From: Fidelibacterota bacterium
Lineage (GTDB): Bacteria > Fidelibacterota > Marinisomatia > Marinisomatales > UBA1611
Direction: 5' to 3'
Assembly (NCBI GenBank): GCA_018658715.1
Contig: JABHUQ010000034.1
Location: 22,230-86,229, forward strand
Length of the DNA stretch: 64,000 nt
Below, one piece after another: positions 52,801-61,180 of this stretch (position 1 is its first letter; every line of letters starts with the position of its first letter). Below the pieces are notes generated by a model. The model was not told where the DNA came from, ran no database searches, and was given only the letters and a program-made list of their open reading frames with translations. The position numbers were made by a program, and so were the translations under genes.

Positions 52801-54275
52801 ATTGAACCAATAGACTCTCTGGCGCTTGTTGCCATAGGGATTAAGAATCGAGTCATATCTTCTTTTGACCACCCAAGAGCGACTCTAAGCCTTTGATCAA
52901 ACCCACTTTCAGGAAGATGAAATTGCCCAAATTCCTTTTCATTCGTTTTTCGATCTAAAGTAATCAGGTTTTTATTTACCAATTTGGAATAGGGGCGAAG
53001 TGTAGCTATCTCTGTTTTAATATCATGATTTTTTAATACTTTTTTCCCAGAAATAGATACACCAAATATTTCGCTTGAAGCCATATGGTGGTGGACCAAT
53101 AAATCTTCATCATCAATATCAATGATACCCGCTTCCGACGCCATAACAACCAACCCGCTTTTTGTAATGGAATAACGTAACGGCCTCAATCCATTTCTAT
53201 CCATTTTTGCCCCAACTATTTCGCCATCAGTGAAAACAATAGCAGCTGGCCCATCCCATGGTTCCATGATATTCTCATGATATATATAAAAATCTCGTAA
53301 AGACTTTTTCATTTTTTTATTATAAAAATGTGGATCTGGAATTAACATCAATAAACTATGAAATAGTTTACGACTACTACGCGTTAAAAATTCGATAGCC
53401 TGATCAAAACTCTGGGAATCGCTTCCTTTTAAATTAACAATCGGAAATAATGATTTTAACTGATTCCCCCAATATTTTGATTTCAGTTCATTCTCTCTAG
53501 CTTCCATCCATAATCGATTACCTTTGATTGTGTTAAATTCACCATTATGTGCAACCATTCTAAAAGGTTGAGCCATTTCCCATGTTGATTGGGTGTTTGT
53601 CGAAAATCGTTCATGAAACATAGCCATTTTAACAACAAAGTTTGGGTGGCGGAGGTCTGGGTAAAATTTATCTAACTGGTCCGAAGACATTAATCCTTTA
53701 TACACAATTGTTTTTGAAGATAAAGAACAAAAATAGCTTTTCTTTTTTCGGGAGATTGTTTCGCCCTCTATTAATTTTCTTAATAGATATAATCTAGATT
53801 CAATATTTTTTTCACTTCGAGATGATTTTAGTGAAAATAAATATTGAAGAATTATTGGTTTTGATTTTTTAGCAAGTTCGCCTAAATGATTTAAATTGGT
53901 TGGAACAACCCTAACTCCAATTAAAGATATATTTAATTCTTTAGCTTTATCTTTAACTGTTTTTTCAAGCCATTTATTTTCACGTCCATATGTGAAAACC
54001 ATTCCAACTGCTAATTTTGTTGATTTCGGGATTGAGTAATTGAATTCATCAGTTAGTATATCTCTAAGAAATTTAGAAGGAATATCTGTCAAAATACCTG
54101 AACCGTCTCCTGTTTTCCCATCTGCTGAAATAGCTCCTCTATGAGATAACCTTTTTAATCCCTGCAAAGCGGATGGCAAAATTCGTTTATCTGCTCTTCC
54201 GTTTAGAGTTACAATAAACCCTGTCCCACATGCATCATGAAATTTTTCTCTATTGACTAAAGGCCCTTGTTTCAT
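49812..54275 (-). CDS. gltB: Glutamate synthase large subunit
   Basis: Ntn amidotransferase start HDACGTGFI, FMN/Fe-S central domain, C-terminal GXGXG beta-helix region. 1487 aa. Confidence 0.95.
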   Translation of the reverse strand: MKQGPLVNREKFHDACGTGFIVTLNGRADKRILPSALQGLKRLSHRGAISADGKTGDGSGILTDIPSKFLRDILTDEFNYSIPKSTKLAVGMVFTYGRENKWLEKTVKDKAKELNISLIGVRVVPTNLNHLGELAKKSKPIILQYLFSLKSSRSEKNIESRLYLLRKLIEGETISRKKKSYFCSLSSKTIVYKGLMSSDQLDKFYPDLRHPNFVVKMAMFHERFSTNTQSTWEMAQPFRMVAHNGEFNTIKGNRLWMEARENELKSKYWGNQLKSLFPIVNLKGSDSQSFDQAIEFLTRSSRKLFHSLLMLIPDPHFYNKKMKKSLRDFYIYHENIMEPWDGPAAIVFTDGEIVGAKMDRNGLRPLRYSITKSGLVVMASEAGIIDIDDEDLLVHHHMASSEIFGVSISGKKVLKNHDIKTEIATLRPYSKLVNKNLITLDRKTNEKEFGQFHLPESGFDQRLRVALGWSKEDMTRFLIPMATSARESIGSMGDDTPLPMMSEIGRRFYDHFKQMFAQVTNPPIDPIREQKVMALFNYIGSEENLLKRNPRFKGAMRTLSPILSPSDCDRLSSYQNDFPQEKIFCHYRKDSSIEGRLGRIRNKCLNAVNEGAKMIILSDENLKEHLLPIPMPIVVSGIHHFLVEKKVRSKVSIICYTGDVVEDHHIAVLVGLGASAIFPYMAYELIREYFREADWVEHLSNYRYALEKGLLKIMSKMGISTISSYQGSMLFNIVGLNEKIAQKHFPSLESHLGGHTFSDIHSILLNRNEKAFDSPEPSLAEKGLYRFRNNGELHGFAPKHFKWIRQAIRQKNVNQPKDIAPVYIRDLFKIKSKRNSIDREQVESLENILRRFGSGAISFGAISDESHRELSRGMYLIGGRSNTGEGGEMVDRYSLTNPDKSTNSFVKQVASGRFGVSSEYLSAGQEIQIKMAQGAKPGEGGQLPGHKVSLQIANARFATPGIPLISPPPHHDIYSIEDIKQLIHDLKEVNPRAKISVKLVSQPGIGIIASGVVKAGADIVLVSGGDGGTGASPLTSLVHTGFPWEYGLAEVHQTLCDNQLRDQTILRVDGGLKSGKDIITAALFGAEEFDFGTSLLVALGCVMARQCHLNTCPAGIATQDEAFLKKFKGKAEHVQIYLNHVAEDIQNQLSQLGFTKIQSLIGRTDLLFIDKDYRKYINKRGIDLSKILNKSNKKGLPLKSDKKIHFIESQHKKSIDETILDEARPALLTHGHAIISRHIQNKDRSVGTRLSGEITFIHGRSGFKGEVQCLMSGVGGQSFGAFLTDGVELRLKGIANDFVGKGMSGGRITIRMPKEVRLRKKEFTVMGNVALYGATGGSLYVSGRCGERFAVRNSGASAVVEGIGNHGCEYMTRGTIIILGDIGINFGAGMTGGLAFIYSKRKSIASSLNIDFVLDGSLNVNDKRMVKRLIRNHDYHTRSPIAKKILKNWEDEKNNFHKIIPHSSGNIDFEKIYNEKIKDRLGIYLNE

Positions 54276-54279
54276 TGGT

Positions 54280-55422
54280 TTATGCTTTTTCTAATGCTTG
54301 TTCTAAATCAGAAATAATATCTATTACATTTTCAATCCCAACGGAAAGACGAACCAACCCATCCGAGAATCCTCGGGCTAATCTCTGATCTTTAGGGACA
54401 TCAACATGTGTCATTGTTGCCGGATGAGTAATCATTGATTCAACCGCTCCAAGGCTTTCCGCAAGTAAACAAAGGTCTACATTATTCATTAATGCTTTTC
54501 CTGATTCTAGTCCACCTTTAAGCTCAAAAGAAATCATGCCGGAATACCCAGACATTTGTTCCTTTGCAATTTGATGCATTGGGTGAGATTCTAAACCAGG
54601 ATATATAACATGCTTCACCTTTGGGTGAGATTCAAGATATGTGGCGATCTCCATGCCATTCTCATTATGTTTATTCATTCTAAGGTCTAATGTTTTTAGC
54701 CCTAAAAGAGTAAGCCAACAATCAAATGGGCCTGGAACAGCACCCACTGTTTTTTGAATAAATTTCAATGATTCAAATAAATCTTCTCTATCTGTAATAA
54801 CGGCTCCACCTATGAGTTGATTATGCCCGCTTAAGTATTTAGTTGTGCTATGCATAACTAAATCTGCACCAAAATTTAAAGGACGTAAGAATACAGGTGT
54901 TGCAAAAGTTGAATCCACACCAAAAAGAATATTATGTGATTTTGCAATTCTACCCACAGTTTCCAAATCTGTGATTTTTAAGAGTGGATTAGTTGGTGTT
55001 TCTATCCAAATCATTTTTGTATTTGGCTGAATGGCTGCTTCAATATTGGAAACAATTTGTGAATCCACGTATGTGAATTCAAGATTGTAATTGTTTAAAA
55101 TTTGATTAAAGTGACGGGAAACACCTCCATAAACATCATCAGAACAAATAATATGATCTCCAGCTTTCAATAGTTTTAGACAACTGTCTACTGCGGCCAT
55201 TCCACTTGAAAAGGCAACTCCATATTTACCGCCTTCAATTATAGCTAAATATTCCTCCATCGTTTGTCTTGTAGGATTGGCTGATCGGGTGTAATCAAAA
55301 CCTTTATCTTTGCCTACTTCTTCTAATGCATATGTAGCTGTTTGATAAATAGGTGGAATAATCGCTCCTGTGGTTGGGTCTGGCTGTATCTTTCCCCTAA
55401 CAATTAATGTATCTTTCTTCAT
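54280..55422 (-). CDS. Trans-sulfuration PLP enzyme (cystathionine gamma-synthase / beta-lyase family)
   Basis: YTRSANPT, PLP lysine in HSTTKYLSGHN, C-terminal LVRLSVGIE. Confidence 0.85.
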   Translation of the reverse strand: MKKDTLIVRGKIQPDPTTGAIIPPIYQTATYALEEVGKDKGFDYTRSANPTRQTMEEYLAIIEGGKYGVAFSSGMAAVDSCLKLLKAGDHIICSDDVYGGVSRHFNQILNNYNLEFTYVDSQIVSNIEAAIQPNTKMIWIETPTNPLLKITDLETVGRIAKSHNILFGVDSTFATPVFLRPLNFGADLVMHSTTKYLSGHNQLIGGAVITDREDLFESLKFIQKTVGAVPGPFDCWLTLLGLKTLDLRMNKHNENGMEIATYLESHPKVKHVIYPGLESHPMHQIAKEQMSGYSGMISFELKGGLESGKALMNNVDLCLLAESLGAVESMITHPATMTHVDVPKDQRLARGFSDGLVRLSVGIENVIDIISDLEQALEKA

Positions 55423-55443
55423 AATGATGCCATTCTAATTTAA

Positions 55444-56736
55444 TTAAGCAGTAAGTAAAAATTCTTTAACATCCGACATTCGATTTGACATTTCTATCTT
55501 TTGCATTTCTCTTCCTATAAAATGCTGTAATCGTTTTGGAATAGAAATTTTTTCTCCGATTGCGGGTTCAACACTTTCGATAAATTTTGCTGGATGGGCT
55601 GTTGAGAGCACAACACCTGGGTTCATACTATTAAATTCTTTTTTATAATCTAATAATCCTGCATACCCAACAGCAGTATGTGGATCTAAAATTATTTGAT
55701 TTTCTGAAAATATTTTTGAAATAGAATCAATTGTTTCATCATCTGTATAAGCAATACCCATTATATTATTTCTTATGTTTTTCATGTCATAATTATGCAA
55801 TTTTTGGATGCGTGATAAATTGCTCGGGTCACCCACATCCATTGCATTTGATAATGTACGAACGGATGGCCTTGGTTGAAATTTACCTGAATCCAAATAT
55901 TCAGGTACAACATCATTTTTGTTTGTTGATGCAATAAACTTTTCTATTGGTAACCCCATTTTCTTAGCCAATAGTCCTCCAGTTAGGTTCCCAAAATTCC
56001 CGGAAGGGACACTAACTATAATAGGTTCATTCCTAGATATTTGTTTATGTGCCCAAAAGTAATACACACTTTGCGGTAGCAGACGAGCAATATTTATTGA
56101 ATTAGCAGAACTTAAATGTATTGATTCATTCAAATCTTTATCTTGGAATGCCATTTTAACAATTAATTGGCAGTCATCAAAACTTCCATCAATCTCTAGA
56201 GCTGTTATATTATCGCCAAGTGATGTTAATTGCCTCTCTTGAATTGGAGTTACACGTCCTTTTGGATACAAAATAACAACGCGAATACCATCTACATTAT
56301 GAAATCCACTTGCAACAGCACTTCCTGTATCTCCAGACGTGGCCACAAGCACCGTTAATTCTTTAGAATTATTATCTAAAAAATATTCCATTGATCTTGC
56401 CATAAAACGAGCAGCAAAATCTTTAAAGGCTAGAGTAGGACCATGAAATAATTCTAAAATATAGTGATCCTTTTTTATTTTATTTACAGGCACAATAAAA
56501 GAAAAAGCATTTTGGCAGATATCTGCTAAAGATAATTTTGGAATTTCTCCATCAACATAAGGATGTAATATTTCAAATGCTAATTCAGGATAAGACAAAT
56601 CTTTATATTTTAATTTATCCCAAAGAATTGGAATATTTTCTGGAAGATATAGCCCGCCATCTGGCGCCAATCCTTGAAATAGGGCATCCCTAAATCCAAC
56701 TAAACTTGACTTTTTGTTTGTGCTAAAATATTGCAC
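55444..56736 (-). CDS. thrC: Threonine synthase
   Basis: PLP lysine context GPTLAFKDFA, ATSGDTGSA. 430 aa, following thrB. Confidence 0.92.
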   Translation of the reverse strand: MQYFSTNKKSSLVGFRDALFQGLAPDGGLYLPENIPILWDKLKYKDLSYPELAFEILHPYVDGEIPKLSLADICQNAFSFIVPVNKIKKDHYILELFHGPTLAFKDFAARFMARSMEYFLDNNSKELTVLVATSGDTGSAVASGFHNVDGIRVVILYPKGRVTPIQERQLTSLGDNITALEIDGSFDDCQLIVKMAFQDKDLNESIHLSSANSINIARLLPQSVYYFWAHKQISRNEPIIVSVPSGNFGNLTGGLLAKKMGLPIEKFIASTNKNDVVPEYLDSGKFQPRPSVRTLSNAMDVGDPSNLSRIQKLHNYDMKNIRNNIMGIAYTDDETIDSISKIFSENQIILDPHTAVGYAGLLDYKKEFNSMNPGVVLSTAHPAKFIESVEPAIGEKISIPKRLQHFIGREMQKIEMSNRMSDVKEFLLTA

Positions 56737-56739
56737 TCA

Positions 56740-57672
56740 TTATCCTAATATTTCTGGTGGATTGGTATGGATAGGAGAGCTATAAGCTTGACTTGATAAT
56801 CCTACTGCTTTGAATTGCTTTACCATGGCATTACCAATCAATTGCGCTTTTTCTAATGAATCCGATAGCGCAAACACAGCCGGGCCTGATCCTGAAATCC
56901 CACACCCAATAGCGCCCATATCTAAAGCAGAGCCTCTTACTTCTTCATAACCGGGAATGAGTTTGGCGCGGTGAGTTTCAGCAAAATGATCTACCATCGA
57001 CCGCCCCAATAAATCATAATCTGACTCATGAAGACCTAAGGTGAATCCAGATAAATTACCTGCCTGTTCTACGGCATTTTTAAGTGGAACCATTTCTGGA
57101 AGGATTTTTCGAGCTTCCATAGTATTAATTGTCATTTTTGGTAACACAGCCGAACTAAATAAATTTCCTGGTACAGGTAAATTCAAAATATCCAATGGAT
57201 CATAACTTCGAACCAAAATAATACCCCCGAAAAGAGCTGGAGCAATATTATCCGCATGAAACCCACCTGATGCAACAGCTTCTCCTGCCATACCGTGGAT
57301 TAAAAGTTCATTCAATGAGAATGGATTACCTAATAATTCATTCGCTCCAAATACGGCTGCTGCCGCACTCGCAGAACTGGAACCAATGCCACTTCCCGGC
57401 GGAATTCCTTTTTCGATATGAAGTTTGAATCCTTGGTTACTTTTTAATGCATCAAGCAATGAAAGAACTGCTTTACCTCCTGTATTATTGTTTGGGTTAC
57501 AAGAAATAGAATCAGAACCAAATCCTGACATTGTAATATCTATACCAGGCGTATTTTTCCTAATTAAAGTTATAATATCGCCTGGGTCAGAAATAGCATA
57601 CCCAATACAGTCAAACCCACAGGATACATTTGCAACAGATGCATTTCCTTTTATGCGTATAGATTCATTCAA
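56740..57672 (-). CDS. thrB: Homoserine kinase
   Basis: GHMP kinase motif PPGSGIGSSSASAAAAV. 310 aa. ATGA overlap with asd. Confidence 0.92.
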   Translation of the reverse strand: MNESIRIKGNASVANVSCGFDCIGYAISDPGDIITLIRKNTPGIDITMSGFGSDSISCNPNNNTGGKAVLSLLDALKSNQGFKLHIEKGIPPGSGIGSSSASAAAAVFGANELLGNPFSLNELLIHGMAGEAVASGGFHADNIAPALFGGIILVRSYDPLDILNLPVPGNLFSSAVLPKMTINTMEARKILPEMVPLKNAVEQAGNLSGFTLGLHESDYDLLGRSMVDHFAETHRAKLIPGYEEVRGSALDMGAIGCGISGSGPAVFALSDSLEKAQLIGNAMVKQFKAVGLSSQAYSSPIHTNPPEILG

Positions 57673-58769
57673 GAGATAAACCCTTTCTCAATCAATAATT
57701 CAGCGACTAAAATAGCACCGCCGGAGGCACCACGAACCGTATTATGAGATAAACCGATAAATCTGATATCAAAAAATGTGTCTATAGCAATTCTTCCAAC
57801 CGTTACAGCCATTCCCTTTCCAGAATCTCGATCTAATTTTGGTTGGGGACGATCGACATCATCCAAAACTAAAATGGGTAGATTTGGCGATGATGGTAAC
57901 TTCAATGATTGCGGCTCAGCTGTAAAAGATGATAAAATTGATTTGAATTCATCTAACGATGGCGCTTCATTCGAAAACCCTAAATGGACAACAGCTGTGT
58001 GGCCATCTACAACGGGGACACGCGTACATACTGCATTAACATTCAATTCTGTAGATTGAATAATTCCATCATCCGTGATTTTACCAAATATTTTTAAAGG
58101 TTCTTTTTCAGTCTTTTCTTCTTCCCCACCAATATATGGAACTACATTTTCTTTTAAGTCTAGGTTCGTTAATGCTTTATACCCAGCACCAGATAATGCT
58201 TGTAAAGTCGTTACCTGAACTCGATCTACTAGATAACCAGCTTGTTTTAACGCTTCCAAAACAACAATATAAGATTGGATGGAACAATTGGGCTTTACAG
58301 CAACAAAGCCAGAACTTGGTAAGTTACGGTTTTTCTGTTGGATTGGGATTACATCAGCATGCTTAGCATTAATTTCAGGAATAATCATAGGCACATCAAT
58401 TGTTTGACGATTTGCAGAGCTGGTTGAAATAACTGCAAATCCTTTTTCTGCATACCCAAATTCAAAATCGCGTGTGTCTTGTTTTTCATTTAGGTCTAAA
58501 GCAGAAAATACACATGTTACATTATCAGGGATTGATCCATAATCATGTACATTTCTTACGATTAAATTTGAAATTGTATCAGGAATTTCTGCATCCATGT
58601 ACCATTTTTTCCCTACTGCTTCCTTATATGTTTTACCAGATGACCGCTCAGAAGCTGCCACATCAACTACTTGAAACCATGGATGGTTTTCCAATAATCG
58701 TAAACAATTTTGGCCTACCATTCCAGTGGCACCCAAAACGCTGACTTTAATATTTTTTTCTACTGACAT
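57669..58769 (-). CDS. asd: Aspartate-semialdehyde dehydrogenase
   Basis: VLGATGMVGQ Rossmann motif, active-site KPNCSIQ, and SHNTVRGA near the C-terminus. Confidence 0.9.
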   Translation of the reverse strand: MSVEKNIKVSVLGATGMVGQNCLRLLENHPWFQVVDVAASERSSGKTYKEAVGKKWYMDAEIPDTISNLIVRNVHDYGSIPDNVTCVFSALDLNEKQDTRDFEFGYAEKGFAVISTSSANRQTIDVPMIIPEINAKHADVIPIQQKNRNLPSSGFVAVKPNCSIQSYIVVLEALKQAGYLVDRVQVTTLQALSGAGYKALTNLDLKENVVPYIGGEEEKTEKEPLKIFGKITDDGIIQSTELNVNAVCTRVPVVDGHTAVVHLGFSNEAPSLDEFKSILSSFTAEPQSLKLPSSPNLPILVLDDVDRPQPKLDRDSGKGMAVTVGRIAIDTFFDIRFIGLSHNTVRGASGGAILVAELLIEKGFIS

Positions 58770-61150
58770 TTTAAAATATCGCCTAAAACACCAGCAGCTG
58801 TCACTTCGGCTCCGGCTCCATGTCCTTTAATTATCATTGGGGTATCTTTATATCTTTTTGTAGTAAAAACAATGAAATTTTCTCTTCCACTCTGATGGTA
58901 AAATGGATTGTCTCCTCCAATAGCTTTTAGTTCAACAACCGCCTTTTGTCCATCCCATGATGCAATATATCGCAATACTTTATTCTTATTTTTTGCTGAT
59001 GTATACGTATTTAAATATTGATCATCAAATTGAGGTAATTGATCTAAGAATTCATCAATAGATAATGTGGGGCTCAATTCTTCCGGGATTAGATTCTGAA
59101 TTGATACATTATCAATTTCTAGTTTTGCACCCGTTTCTCTCGCTAAAATAAGAATTTTCCTTCCTACATCCATTCCATTTAAATCATCTCTTGGGTCCGG
59201 TTCTGTGTATCCTTGAGATCTAGCATTTTTTACTAATTCGCTAAATGGGAGTGAACCATCAAATTGACTAAATAAGTAACTTAATGTCCCTGACATAATG
59301 CCTTCAATTTTCTCAACGGTATCACCGGTATTCAATAATGTTTGAAGTGTTTCCATGATAGGAAGACCAGCACCAACATTTGTTTCATACTTGAATGTAG
59401 ATTGTCCTTGTTTTTCACTTTGACGAATTTGATTATAATAATCTTGATTCATGCTATTTGCTAATTTGCTTGCCGATACAACAGAAATGCCTTTTTGAAG
59501 AATGTTTGCAGTTTTTTCAGCAATGATCGATGATGATGTAACATCTACAAAAACTGCATTTCGTGATTGAGCAGCAGTTAAAATAAAAGTATCCACATCT
59601 GCTGGCTCTCCATTATTTAATTCTTCTGTATAGAGATTTGGATCAACCCCATTCTGGTTTATAACCATTTTACTACTATTCAGAATTCCACAAATATTAA
59701 TGGATGATTGATCTTGGATTAATCGAATTAAACTAGACCCAACTAAACCTACGCCAGCTATAAAAACATTTATTTTATCATAGTCTGAAAAAATATAATT
59801 ATGTAAAGAACGAATTGCTGATTTCACTTCATCGTTTTTAATAATAAAAGAAATGTTTCTTTCAGAAGATCCTTGAGCAATAGCAATTACATTCACATTT
59901 TGCTCACCTAAAACACTAAATAATTTTCCTGAAATGCCTGGAGTGTGGCGCATTCCCTCCCCAACAACTGCAATAAGAGATAAGTCATTTTCAATTTTGA
60001 TAGAATCAATAAACCTATTTTCAAGTTCAAAAGTAAATTCTTCCTTTAGCAGAGTTTCTGCTTTACCCACTTCAGATGGTTGAATGGCAAAACAAATGGA
60101 ATGTTCACTAAAAACTTGAGATACGAGAATAATATTAATTTTCTTTTGAGCTAATGCTTCAAACACACGACCAATAACACCATACCGCCCCACCATTCCA
60201 GCACCTTGAAATCGTATGAGAGACACATTATATAAAGATGAAATGCCAACTGCAAAATTATTATCTGTTTCCCGATTTTGTGTTATAACTGTTCCGGGGT
60301 TTCCTGGCTCAAACGTATTTCTTATTCGTATGGGAATTGATTTATATAAGGCTGGAATCATGGTGGGCGGAAAAATCACTTTGGCGCCTGCATGAGCTAA
60401 TTCCATCGCTTCTTCATATGTAATATTTAAAATTGTTTTCGCATTAGGAACCACATTGGGATCTGCAGATAAAATTCCATTAACATCTGTCCATATTTCC
60501 ACTTCATCCACATGAAGTGCAGCACCAAAGATAGCTGCTGTATAATCCGAACCGCTACGCCCAAATGTGGTTGTTTCACCTGACTCAGTCGCTCCTATAA
60601 ATCCTGTTATAATTCGAGTTTTTGATTTATCAATCCACTCATTTCGAATATTATTATACGATTTTTGGTAATGAACAAAAGCGCTCCCGAAATGATCATC
60701 TGTTACAATAACTTTCCTTGCGTCTAGATAATCAGCATTTAACCCATTTTCAATACATGCTTCTCTGATAATATTTGCTGAAAATCTTTCGCCAGCACTT
60801 AGAACTGTATCTTTTAATTTGGGTGTGTCCTGTTTCTTATCAGAAATGATTTTTAATGATTGTTGTAATTCATTTCCAATTGTTTGGATAGATTTATGTA
60901 TCGAATCTAGATTGGTCAAAAGTTGAAGTCCACTGACCGTTTCCAAATGTCTATCCAGAAAAGCATTTAATACATCATTATAATCTAATCCACTTTCCGC
61001 AAGATTGATCAGTTCAATCAATTGGTCTGTCACTCCACCAAAAGCAGAAACAACAACACCACATGGATGCTCTGCTGCTATAAGACACACCACGTGTTCA
61101 ATCCTTTCAGTTGTTTTTAGGGAAGATCCGCCAAATTTGAGAATTTTCAT
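58760..61150 (-). CDS. thrA: Bifunctional aspartokinase / homoserine dehydrogenase
   Basis: MKILKFGGSSL kinase start, ACT region, and C-terminal homoserine dehydrogenase (AGVGLVGSSL...GHGAGAEVTAAGV). 796 aa. Confidence 0.92.
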   Translation of the reverse strand: MKILKFGGSSLKTTERIEHVVCLIAAEHPCGVVVSAFGGVTDQLIELINLAESGLDYNDVLNAFLDRHLETVSGLQLLTNLDSIHKSIQTIGNELQQSLKIISDKKQDTPKLKDTVLSAGERFSANIIREACIENGLNADYLDARKVIVTDDHFGSAFVHYQKSYNNIRNEWIDKSKTRIITGFIGATESGETTTFGRSGSDYTAAIFGAALHVDEVEIWTDVNGILSADPNVVPNAKTILNITYEEAMELAHAGAKVIFPPTMIPALYKSIPIRIRNTFEPGNPGTVITQNRETDNNFAVGISSLYNVSLIRFQGAGMVGRYGVIGRVFEALAQKKINIILVSQVFSEHSICFAIQPSEVGKAETLLKEEFTFELENRFIDSIKIENDLSLIAVVGEGMRHTPGISGKLFSVLGEQNVNVIAIAQGSSERNISFIIKNDEVKSAIRSLHNYIFSDYDKINVFIAGVGLVGSSLIRLIQDQSSINICGILNSSKMVINQNGVDPNLYTEELNNGEPADVDTFILTAAQSRNAVFVDVTSSSIIAEKTANILQKGISVVSASKLANSMNQDYYNQIRQSEKQGQSTFKYETNVGAGLPIMETLQTLLNTGDTVEKIEGIMSGTLSYLFSQFDGSLPFSELVKNARSQGYTEPDPRDDLNGMDVGRKILILARETGAKLEIDNVSIQNLIPEELSPTLSIDEFLDQLPQFDDQYLNTYTSAKNKNKVLRYIASWDGQKAVVELKAIGGDNPFYHQSGRENFIVFTTKRYKDTPMIIKGHGAGAEVTAAGVLGDILKCQ

Positions 61151-61180
61151 AAGTATTTTTCCAACGCCAAAATAAGCAAC